Source of the DNA: Octopus sinensis
Taxonomy: Eukaryota
Assembly: GCF_006345805.1 (NCBI RefSeq)
Contig: NC_043009.1
Location: 64,232,001-64,296,000, forward strand
Reading direction: 5' to 3'
DNA length: 64,000 bases
In this document: one piece after another, positions 1 through 13,037 of the stretch
Layout of the letters: each line of letters opens with the position of its first letter
How positions within the stretch are numbered: the first letter of the stretch is position 1
The notes under the pieces: generated by a model
Database searches by the model: none
The model's input: only the letters and a program-made list of their open reading frames with translations
Told to the model about the DNA's origin: nothing
Translations under genes and position numbers: made by a program

Positions 1-1621
1 ACATTTTCATCAGCAACGCCAATGAATGTCACCTTCGTAAAGTACAGAAGTACTTTTGCGAGAGACATAATATCAGAACAGGATGCGATGTTACTGAAGT
101 TGCATTCGGTGATATGCATGTAATATTTCTTTATTATGTGGAATTTTGATTATTGATTTTATTTATGACACTGGCCAAATGTTGTGTTCCTGACACTATC
201 TCACAAAGGCTCCTGTGTACGTACAAAGGTGATTTTCACTGATGGTACTGAGAAGGGACAATTTATCTTACTGAGAACACTGTGAAGAATAGCTAATTAT
301 TTGTATAGCCAAGAAGAATGAATAAAAGAAGGTATTTGAATTTTAGAAAAATTTTGCGATGTTTTGTTTAATTTTGAAACCACATGTAACTCTTGTTATG
401 ATGTCTTCCGTTAATGTTAACCGCCATAACCTTGCCGGTGAAAACTTACATCAATCAGTCCAGCAAAAGCTGAATGTATAGAGGGAAATATCTTGTCAGT
501 TAGTACCATTCAGTTATTGTATAAGTGTCGCAAATTGTATCGGGAAATTATACTAGTTGCCCTCACTGCAATAGTAATTTGTCATCACTTTTACCTGTAG
601 AATTCCTTAACACTATTCAATGTTCATTAATATTCTACACCAATAAATAACCAATAAGCAACCATAATTATTCACATCAGACATACACAGCCTCGAAAAA
701 TATCGTCTCCTGTTGATAAGAGACTTTAGTCTCTTACAACACAACAAACACTTATATTAAGCAAACAGCCTTGTACTGTACCATCTGGTTTCCATTCTTG
801 AAACAAAAACTCGACGAGCAAAACCTTGTGATTTACTTGACAAGGGATAAGTACTTATCGTAGAATGTTTGTGAGAGAATGTTGTTTTCGGGTAGTTTTA
901 CAAGACATCATCTTATCAATTTGATACTTGTGTATTTGGCACTCAAGGCGAAAGGATTCGAAACAAACACAGCAAAGAATTTTGTCAAAATCTCTGACTA
1001 TTCCATTAACTCAAAGGCACGAACTCGCATATAATTGTTAAGTAGAATTTGAACTCAAAACATGAAGCCGGGACAAATATTCCAACACAATTTTTCCGAC
1101 GTTCTTAAAATTCTGCCGATGTACCGTCTTATGTTCACCATCTGTGCATATTACGAACTTGCACCTAAATTACTAAAAGATGTTCGGCTTATCTTCCTAA
1201 GAAACTTTACACTCAAATACGTAACTCAAATAATTGCTTAATTAATCAAAAATTGCTCTCTCTCTCTCTCCCATCTCTCTCTCTTTACTTTTCGTTCTCA
1301 TTTTTCACCTTCTCTCTAAAGTGTAGTACGAAAGCACATTAGTGTATTTCTCATGCATCTGCAATGGTACAGTTTTTGTATCTCCAAATAAGGTATCCCA
1401 AGCCTCAAAAGCCAAGTTTATTGTAAAGTACTTCTTCACGAATTGCATTAGTCACATCTATCTCTCTCTCTTAGGGCCTACAAAAATCATGAGCTCTGGT
1501 TCTACCACTCTACTAGCTAATTATTCTCCTCCAAATAATGAATCCTTTATAATGTGGTAGAAACGTAATACAATATTTAGAAAAGTTAATTAAACCTTTA
1601 TTGTATGCAATTTCTTTTCAG

Positions 1622-2094
1622 GCAACTTCTGGTTTCCCTTGGTATTAACTGTCCTCGGAAAGTTGGGTGCGACAGCATCATTTGACGGTGTTTATCTCTT
1701 GTCAGCTGAACTCTTTCCAACAACAGTACGGTAGGCTTCATTTCGACTATTATGTCTATTGTAAGGGGAAACGATAACGGGATGCACAAGCAGTCCGCTC
1801 TCAGTGCATTGCCTCTTACAACAGCAGAGACAGCAGTAAGCTAATGAAGATCATTGCATAATTTCCTGTTCCTTTGACACTTATTAATTCCATATTGCGC
1901 TCTGTACATACATACATACATACATACATACATACATTTCAAAAAAAAATTCATCAAAAGTGGCAGCATATTAAAATACCTTGAAAGGTGAAAATTTTAA
2001 ACAATTTATAAACAAGGTCAAAGGAAAAAAAATATTGACGATTTAAAGTCTATTCTTAGCATATTGGCATAGAAATATTTTTTCTTTCGCCCTT

Positions 2095-2151
<57 letters not shown>

Positions 2152-3243
2152 TATATAGATGAACACATAAAGAAACATATATACATATATGTACGCATGC
2201 AGACAAACACACACACGCTCACACGCACGCACGCACACATACACACACTAATAAAATACCTATTTCTTTACTACCCACAGGGGGCTAAACACAGAGAGGA
2301 CAAACAAGGACAGACAAATGGATTAAGTCGATTACATCGACCCCGAAAGGATGAAAAGCAAAGTCGACCTCGGCGGAATTTGAACTCAGAACGTAACGGC
2401 AGACGAAATACCACTAAGCATTTCGCCCGGCGCACTAGCGTTTCTGACAGCTCGCCGCCTTATAAAATACTAATAAAATACCGATATATGTTTCTTCAGT
2501 TTCAATTCTGATTATCGTATGATTAATGTATAAAGCTGGATGAGGGAATTTATGGAGCCGTGCTGAAAATGCTTTCATAACAAAATCAATTCTCCAACTA
2601 GCGCTGTTGGAATAGAATAGAAATAAAATTCAAATATATAACTAGATGTAAATAATTCCCACTTGCAATCATCTTTGCAACATGCTGCATCCCTTAAACC
2701 AGTTGTTCTTAAACAAGTTTCCCATGACCCTTGGGGAGCCATGAGGTACCAGTTGGTGGGGTCGATGTATTCGGCTAGTTCCCCACCTTTCCGAAATTGG
2801 TGGCTTTGTGCCAATGTTTCAAACTAATATTTAAGCAAAGTCCTCATTCGTTGTACATCAAAACAAATTACATTGGAGAACAAATTATCTTTCTCGCTCA
2901 GTCCCACAGGTAAACAAACCCTCTCTCTTATCTTACCATCTCCCCACTTGTCTCTCTCTGTCTTATTTCGACACGTTGTTACTCACACCTATGTTCTTAT
3001 TTATTTAAAATATTCTTTTTCTATATATATTTCAGTAACAGCGGCTCAGGGGCAGGCTCTTCGTTTGCTAAAGTTGGTGCTATCCTTTCGCCAATTATAC
3101 TTGGCCTCTCTGTATATGGCTCTTGGGTACCTCTCAGTGTCTACGGAGTGTTCGGAATTACTGCTGGATTACTGATCCTTTTACTTCCCGAAATGAAGGA
3201 TGCTTGTTTACTTCAAACACTGGAAGACATGGATAATCTGTAG
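1622..3243 (+). CDS. SLC22-family (MFS) organic ion transporter, gene A, last two coding exons only (5' part lies outside the window)
   Basis: Exons 1622-1730 (109 nt, GNFWFPLVLTVLGKLGATASFDGVYLLSAELFPTTVR) and 3036-3243 (208 nt, NSGSGAGSSFAKVG...[19 protein letters not shown]). GT-AG sites, lengths and phases match exons 8-9 of genes B, C and D. ELFPT..R and LPE.K motifs are typical of SLC22. Confidence 0.9.
2261..2460 (-). mobile_element. tRNA-headed SINE, family A (GGCGGCGAGCTGGCAGAA head), internally deleted copy
   Basis: Matches the full copies at 49339 and 61404 and has a B-box-like GAGTTCAAATTCC. About 30 bp are deleted between repeated ATCGACCCC. The direct repeat ACTAATAAAATACC at 2247-2260 and 2469-2482 resembles a TSD. 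Confidence 0.8.
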
Positions 3244-3797
3244 ATTTGCTTTATCTACAGATTTGGTTGCAGGTGGAGTGATGACATTAAAAATCTCCCC
3301 GATTGGCACGAAATTCGATACGTTTTCACATCCGAGCGACAAAGTACCGCAATGGATCAAAATCAACGCAGAATCTAAACACACAAATAAATTCACAAGA
3401 AGAAGAAGAAGAAGATGAAGACTTTAATGAACATTTAATCGAAGAAAATGCCTCAGACGCTCAAATAAGTTACCTTGAGTTTAGCGAAGACGTCGCCGAC
3501 GACAATCGCAGCAACGGCAAAAGCGATTAGAGAAGCGACTTCTATTCTAGTCAAATGATGCTGTCCATACATTTAGCAGTTGTGTGAAAACAAATCGGTT
3601 CTTAATACTAAATAGAAAGAATTTTGAACCTAACACAATGACAAGTAAACCATATAAATGGAAGAATTTTGTAAAACCAGATAGTATTCCTTTGTTACAA
3701 AATAAAACCCAGGAGAAGACAAGAAAAGAAATATGTACATGACATGACTCTCTCATACATGTTATAAGAATCATAGTGTAGATGGGGAGAAGTTATA

Positions 3798-4195
3798 TCT
3801 TTATATATAAAAGTCAAGTTGTGTGTCTGTCTCCTAAGATTTAGATTCCTAACTACTTCCACATTTTGCGGTGCAGTTTAACCAAAACCGGGTATCTTAT
3901 AGTCGTGAATCATATCGAGCCCTTCTGGGTATTAGCGCGCGTCTACGATGAGTCTACGATTTAAAAAAAACATTTACCATAATTTTTTTCCATTTTAATG
4001 CATTTTTTCGCTATTATATAAGGGAAGTAACTCTCTAAAAATGTCTACGATGAGTCAACGATTTAAAAAAAAAATTACAATCATTTTTTTCCATTTTTAA
4101 TGCATATTTTTGCTATGTTTTGGCTATAACTCTCTAAAAATGCTTATATAGTTATTTCCCTTACAAACCCGAGCAACGCCGGGCGATACTGCTAG
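3798..4195 (+). mobile_element. Non-autonomous Helitron, 398 bp
   Basis: Begins TC(TTTATATATAAAAG) and ends in hairpin CCCG-A-GC-AAC-GC-CGGG then CTAG. It is inserted between A and T with no TSD. The empty paralogous site GTTATA|TCAG is at ~23002-23011. Confidence 0.88.
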
Positions 4196-4340
4196 TCAGT
4201 TATAATTAAGATTATGATGACACAAAGGTTGCAGCTAAATGCTAAGGAACTGAATGCTTTATGTTTAGCAGCTGATGAACAAATCGTCTATTTATAGGAC
4301 TGTAGCAGCAGTTAAGGTCTTAAAATAAGGTGGAGCATCT

Positions 4341-4720
4341 TAGAAGAGAGGGGTAAAGGGGGCGAGAGAGAGCGAGTGAGAGGCAGAGGGGTTAGAGGGG
4401 GAAAGAGAGAGAGAAAGAGAGCGCGGAGAGAAAGGAAAAGGGAGAAAGAATGAGGGACAGGGAGAGAGACCAAGTGAGATAGTGAGAGAGATATGAAATG
4501 TAGGAAGTATGAAGAAAGAGGTTGAAAGGGGAAAGAGAGAAAGAGAGAGAGGAGAAAGAAAGCAGAGAAGGTGAAATTGGAGAAAGAGGCGTAAGGATGG
4601 AGAGAGTTGTAGAGTGTTGAAATGGTTACTGTAACAGAATAATGGACATAAGTATAAAAGGAGGGAGAATAAAATTCACGGAAAGAAAGAAAAAAAGAAA
4701 AAGGAGAAAGTTGTAAAGAA
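4341..4720 (+). repeat. GA-rich polypurine low-complexity tract (paralogous copy ~23155-23530)
   Basis: Near-pure purine strand, present in both duplication units. Confidence 0.7.
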
Positions 4721-6153
4721 AAATTATGAATAAATCATAAAATATTTAATTTCTGTTGTCTTTTGTATGTATACCGACATTACATTGTAATTTACTCCAG
4801 GAATTCTTCTTCATTTTATAGGTCCACAAAACCGCCTAGATATACGATTGGTTTAATTCTTCCTTGTTCTCATATTTGGCAAGCTTGTACAGTAAACATA
4901 ATATACCCCACTGCATTACTGGTAATTTTTACCCACTTCAAGCACCTTTTCATAATTTCTTCGTATTTTGTTCCATAGGAACAATATCTCCAGTCGGTTC
5001 CCGGATCAATTAATTATTAATTGAAACTTAATTCTGTTGCCAGTTTTTAGTGAAAAATTTGAATTTATTCATCAGAAGTGTAATAAGTTGGACAAAGTTA
5101 TGTGATGGAATATTAACTGTGGATAAAATTCTCGAAATTACTTGGGAATTTTTCTTTTTCACTCTCTTTATTGTTAGACACGAACTGACTTCATTTAATG
5201 GCCGAAACAAAAGTTAACAGAAAACTAAAGTTGCATGGAATATTCAGAGAGCCTGATTTTCACCTTGTTCCCAAGACTTCAACCAGTTACAACGATCTCT
5301 ACGTATTCGGACAAAGAAGACAGTTGCACATAGTAAAATAATACAAGAAATAAACTCCAACACTTTTACGTTATTTAAGTTATAGATTAAATGATGAAGA
5401 TCTGAAACAGTTTTGCCGTAATTTCCGGTGTACAAGTGGACATCGTACACAGGGTAAACATGTGTAAACAACCAAACATTGTTACTATCTTTCCACATCC
5501 TCCTGAATTGCACATGGAATGTTTTTGGCTGTAAATCTGGTCTGAAAAATTCGATTTGGATGCCGGATTATACGGTATTTTTTAAAATCTGAATATTAGA
5601 GACCAATAAATTTATTCTCTGCTTCTACAATATCAAGCTTTAAACGACAGAAATATCAGCAGACAAACAATGAAACTCTTCCAGCCATGAATGCTAATAT
5701 TATATTTCTGATTGTGAATAACATAATCCAACTTCATTTAACTAGTTTCTGGTCTAAGCTACAACAATGGAGCTATTTAAAGCTAATATAATTGTTGGCG
5801 CCTACACTTAATAAATAGTTTTGTTAATTAATTCAATAGAACAGCCTCAACAAAAAATTCAATAGAAATAAGGCATCCCCACTCCAACAAAAAATTATAA
5901 TTATATATTTATATTACATAATTAATTTAGAAAACATTTTTATTGCATCTAATTTTTCCTCTCAAATTTGTAAAAACGGAAAAAATAGAGGAATGTTGGA
6001 GCAATATAATGAGAAGTGGAAGTTTTTAACAAAGTTCGCGTCCATTCAGTCAACAATTGAAAATAATTTGCGTGTAACGACGATAGATTTAATTGAATTC
6101 CTAACGAGATTTACGTAATCAGTAAATGTTGCCTCGTGCATGTCACGACATTG

Positions 6154-7180
6154 TATTTGTATGTCATTTTAGCGGGATTTAGTCTGTCTTTACGTTCTGA
6201 GTTCAAATTCCGCCGAGGCCGACTTTGCCTTTCATAATTTCGGAGTCGATTACATAAGTACCAGTTACGCACTGGGGTCGATATAATCGACTTAATCCGT
6301 TTGTCTGTCCTTGTTCGTCCTCTCTGTGTTTAGCCCCTTGTGGGTAGTAATGAAATAGGTATATTATTTGTATATCATTTTAGCGGTATTTAGTCTGTCT
6401 TTACGTTCTAAGTTCAAATTCCGCCGAGGCCGACTTTGCCTTTCATAATTTCGGAGTCGATTACATAAGTACCAGTTACGCACTGGGGTCGATATAATCG
6501 ACTTAATCCGTTTGTCTGTCCTTGTTCGTCCTCTCTGTGTTTAGCCCCTTGTGGGTAGTAATGAAATAGGTATATTATTTGTATATCATTTTAGTGGTAT
6601 TTAGTCTGTCTTTACGTTCTGCGTTCAAATTCCGTTGAGGGCGACTTTGCCTTTCATCCTTTCGGAGTCGATTACATAAGTACCAGTTACGCACTGGGGT
6701 CGATATAATCGACTTAATCCGTTTGTCTGTCCTTGTTCGTCCTCTCTGTGTTTAGCCCCTTGTGGGTAGTAATGAAATAGGTATATTATTTGTATATCAT
6801 TTTAGTGGTATTTAGTCTGTCTTTACGTTCTGCGTTCAAATTCCGTTGAGGCCGACTTTGCCTTTCATCCTTTCGGAGTCGATTAAATAAGTACCAGTTA
6901 CGCACTGGGGTCGATATAATCGACTTAATCCGTTTGTCTGTCCTTGTTCGTCCTCTCTGTGTTTAGCCCCTTGTGGGTAGTAATGAAATAGGTATATTAT
7001 TTGTATATCATTTTAGCGGTATTTAGTCTGTCTTTACGTTCTGAGTTCAAATTCCGCAGAGGCCGACTTTGCCTTTCATCCTTCCGTGGTCGATAAATTA
7101 AGTACCAGTTAGGCACTGGGATCGATCTTATCTACTGCCCAACCCCGCCAAATTTCGGGCCTTGTGCCTAGAGTAGAAAC
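6154..7180 (+). repeat. Head-to-tail tandem array of SINE-A-derived 211-bp units (4 full units plus 1 partial with a different tail)
   Basis: Units start at 6154, 6365, 6576, 6787 and 6998 (period exactly 211). Each contains the SINE-A B-box and body. Confidence 0.9.
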
Positions 7181-7239
7181 GGATATTTTATCTGTATAGT
7201 ATTGATACATTTGAGCTTCGATTTGAAACCAATATCGTG

Positions 7240-7375
7240 GCACTCCGTCGGTTACAACGACGAAGGCTCCAGGTGATCTGATCAGCAGACAGCCTGCTCA
7301 TGAAATTAACGTGCCAGTGGCTGAGCACTACACAGGCATGCGTACCTTTAAAGTGATTCTCAGGGAGATTCAGGA
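7240..7375 (-). mobile_element. 3' fragment of SINE family C (paralogous copy ~24471-24605)
   Basis: GGCACTCCGTCGGTTACAACGACGAAGG... matches the 3' end of the copies at 50304 and 57272. Confidence 0.7.
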
Positions 7376-7964
7376 GTGGTTGTGGGTATGGTTGGCCGCT
7401 GACTTCTCTGTGGAAGGCTCCACCACCCTTTAAGTTACTTTACTTTAAATCGTTCTGTGTGACACGGACACCAATTACCCAGTAACTTTCATGGAAGAGT
7501 GATCTTAGTCATTAATTTCTCAACTGCGAAATTAAATTTCATTCTTACTCCAGTAATAATCTTAGATATCTGCCAGAAAATAGTATTTTCTGCAAATCGT
7601 GATTCCTCTCTAAACTTAATATGTCCCAATAGTTCCAAACCTGGCATTTTTCCCACAGAAGACAGATCTTTATATAAAACTGATGCTACAATTAAGGGTA
7701 ACGAACTTTAGAGTGAATATATATGATCTTCGTAGTAAAAGGCTTAATTAACAGCGAGTGCAATCGTTAGTCACATATTTCAAAGATTTAGACGATGGTT
7801 ATTTATTGTATAAACTTATAAATCAATTATTGAATCATGTGTTGTATTTGTCTGAGTAACACGCAAATCGCTTTAAATCTTATACGCACATACACAAACA
7901 CGCATACACCAACTCTCTCTCACTCTCTCTCACACCCTCTCTTTCATACACATACACATACATT

Positions 7965-8014
<50 letters not shown>

Positions 8015-8036
8015 TGTGCGTGTTTATATGTATATA

Positions 8037-9493
<1,457 letters not shown>

Positions 9494-9692
9494 ATATATA
9501 TATATATATATAAATAGATATATACACTGCTTCACCAACATATCAAATTATGGTTACTTTATATCTAAAAACGAAGGCGCTGTTACATGCTACCGGCAGC
9601 TGTCAAATATTTCCCTCCGAGATTCTACGCTGCGCACTTAAGAAGAGGAACCCTTGTATCTATAACAGAATAAACCAGGCTGTTTGAGAAAA

Positions 9693-9831
9693 ATGAACGA
9701 AGAACTTACTACTCGAGAATTCAAAGGTCTGAACACTCATTTTTCTTTTCAACTTGTTAATTTTCTGTCTGATTACACAAAAACACACGCGCGCACACAC
9801 AGACACACATACATACATGTGTATATATCTA

Positions 9832-9920
<89 letters not shown>

Positions 9921-9940
9921 GTCTGTCTGTCTATCTATCC

Positions 9941-10020
<80 letters not shown>

Positions 10021-11471
10021 GTGTGTGTGTGTGTGTGTGTGTCTGTATGCATGTATGTATGTATGTATGTATGTATCTATATTTCTGTGTGTGAGTGTGT
10101 GTGTGAGGCGTATATGTTTTCTAGTCACTTTTATGTTATCGTTCGAGGTAGCAGCATTTTCTACATATATTAAATGCTTATAGTCCTATCAATTTATTCC
10201 TGTTTGGTACTCTTAGTTTAAACTTTTTCAACATAATATTCAGTGATGCTGTCTTAGAAATTTGTTATCAAAATAAATTTTCTTTTGTTTTCAAATTTAG
10301 ATTTGTCAACATCTGAAATTACGGAGAAAATATTAAAGGAATGTGGCGGATATGGGTTATTTCAAAAGATACTCACTATTTTTGTTTTAATATTTGTAAT
10401 AGTCGATGCTCTTGGAGCTTTAGCTATGGTATTTATAAGGGAGACGGTTCCATTTGCTTGCTATCCTGCAAATTTCAATGAATCCATGATTCCATCAAAT
10501 ATTTCTTTGGATGAATTCTTAAATGATGTAACTGTCAAAAAGGGGAAATGTTCCGTGTATAACCTGGATACGGAAGACGGATTCTATGTCCTACCCACAA
10601 GTAATTCTACGAAGGAACCGTGTAATTACGGTCGAAAGTTCTACACTGAGGACTTGTCCTCTATTGTATCTGAGGTAAGTAATGCTAACTTCATGGATTA
10701 ACGCTGTTGTTTATCATATAATTATGTATTATTCTACGACCAATAGAACGGAGAGCTGTCTATCTAGCAATCCACGTAGATATCGAAAATAAATATCTGT
10801 TTTGTGATGTACATAAAGACAAATTTCTGCAGACTGATCTTAAAGAAATTAAATAATGATGAATGCTGTGAGAAAATATTTTTGAAGTGTTCTCATCAGA
10901 AAAGAGATGACTAGATTGTTGAAAGAGTTATCAACAAGGTAGAAGTGAGTATTAACGGTTGAAAGGTATGGAAAGCAAGAGTAATCAGTCGCGTGGTAAA
11001 ATGAGCTGAATTTAAAACAATTGGTTAACATTTTGCACGACACAAGTCCCCGCTGACCGAATATTCTTGATTTTTTTTCTGTATGTGAAATCATTTCTAC
11101 TGATCAAGCAGCTATGTGATGGTTACTCTCCACTAAGTAGGTTTAATGATATCGAAACATGTTATATATATGAAGTTAACTATCTCTTCTGTTGGCCTTG
11201 TACGTATGAAATATCTCTCCTTCTTTATAATAGCCAGTCATTCGACGTCTGCGATTTTCAACATGACGTGACAGCGATTAACATATAATTCTCCGTCACT
11301 CAATGTCTTCCTTCCTGTTCCTAGATTTCTCATTCTTTCTGAAGAAGACATTAAGCTCGAAACGTAATCAACTACTACCACTTTCTTCCTTCACAATAAC
11401 TGTAAAACTAATTCGTATTAATAATCATAATCGTTCCCAGTGTTTACATCAGGTACCTTTCCTCCCCACCT

Positions 11472-11509
<38 letters not shown>

Positions 11510-12974
11510 ATGTGTGAAGGACCATGGCTCAGTGGTTAGAGCGTCAGGCTCACAATCCTGAGGTAGTTAGTTCGAATCCCTGACCGGGCTGTGTGTTGTG
11601 CTCTTGAGCAAGACACTTTATTGCACGTTGCTTTGTTTCTCTCAGCTGTATAAATGAATTGCAACGTCACAGGTCCCAAGCTGTATCGGCTTTTGCCCTT
11701 CTTTTGGATAACATCGGTGGCATGGAGAAAAGGGGGAATGGGGCTGGTATGCTAGGGCGACTGCTGGTCTTCCATAAACAACCTTGCCCGGACTTGTGCT
11801 ACGGAAGGTGACTTTCTAGGTGTAATCCCATGGACATTCATGTCCGAAGCGGGTCTTAAATAATATATATTTATAAATATAAAAATGGAACAAAAACGTA
11901 ATAGAGAGCATTAAAACGTTCGGACAGACAGAACACACAAAATCGGACAAGAGAAACAACAATCAGAAGGACAAGCAAAAAAGACGGGTCAATTTTGGCT
12001 TTCTTTCTTCAGTCAAGTCCCAGAAGTCACGACCATTTCGGGCAGTTATTGAGATGGTTCGATCTGGTTGTCCCTTAAAAAGTCTAGGCTAAGTGCATTA
12101 AACCCCTTTGTAAAAAAGCTAATAAATTTGTACGGCTAAAAAAAAAACGGAGAACATGCTACAGAATTACGAATACAAACAGCAAGAAATAACAACAGGC
12201 GTCTTTCGAACTGAGAACGATTCAAATTGTGCTGGCATGTATGGAGTAAAAGCATAAAGGCAGGAACATGGAAGATGGACACAAGAGGTGTTGATAGTCG
12301 GCAGTAAGGCCAAGAAAGAAAGATCATGGTTGGCCGGACACCGGTCACGTGGAAAGAGGAGAAATTGGTAGGGGACAGCGGGATTGGAGGATTAGAAAAA
12401 AAAAATCAGAGACAAAGGGAAAGATGCAGGGGAGATAAACGGGTGGGAAAAATAGTGGAAGTTAAAGAAAGAGGGCGAAGAAATGTGAGAGTGCGGGGGT
12501 GGGGGAAGAAGAAAAATGAGCGGGGGAATAAAAGATAGAATAAGAGTCGTACAAAATTTAGATCGATACCTACTATAAGTAAGAAAATGGAAATATAATA
12601 TTTAATAAAAATTTATTATCTGCAAAAATCAAACAAGATTCCCTACAACTGTTTCTATTAGGCCTAAAAGATTAAATAGTAATAAATAAAATCCATACAT
12701 TTGGCAAAATTTCTTCAGAGGAGTAGAAAAAAGATACACCGTTAGGTTTTTAAGTGTTGTATTTTAGAATCATCTCATCAGTCTGCAGTGATGATTCTAA
12801 TAAATGTTATATCTCCATTTTCTTACATTCTTTTGAATAATTATAAACCGTGATTTATATATAAGTCTATTGTTTTATGAATATTACGTATTAAACAAAC
12901 GTTAAGTATTAAACCACCATTCACTGGATGATACCATCCCTTTATAAGGGTAATTTAAGCTTTAATTGAGATTG

Positions 12975-13037
<63 letters not shown>

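Noticed and set aside
1-1600. Upstream exons of gene A
   Set aside because: No segment matches exon 7 ([12 protein letters not shown]) or earlier exons; only degraded SINE remnants occur near 930-1170.
3258-3375. Alternative terminal exon of gene A using CTACAG|ATTTGG
   Set aside because: It would drop TM11-12 and has no counterpart in the paralogues.
6154-7180. Regular array as a possible CRISPR
   Set aside because: Contiguous 211-bp units with no unique spacers, SINE-derived, in a eukaryotic context with no cas genes.
11095-11375. Two plus-strand hammerhead-like motifs (CTGATCA...GAAACATGTTA and CTGAAGA...GAAACGTAATC), also at ~32945-33235
   Set aside because: G8 or 16.2 is mutated and stems I and II are poor; at best old remnants.
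11514-11590. tRNA genes at SINE heads (also 49339, 50695, 57272, 58256, 61404, 63273)
   Set aside because: A and B boxes are present but there is no complete cloverleaf, and the heads continue into SINE bodies with tails and TSDs.
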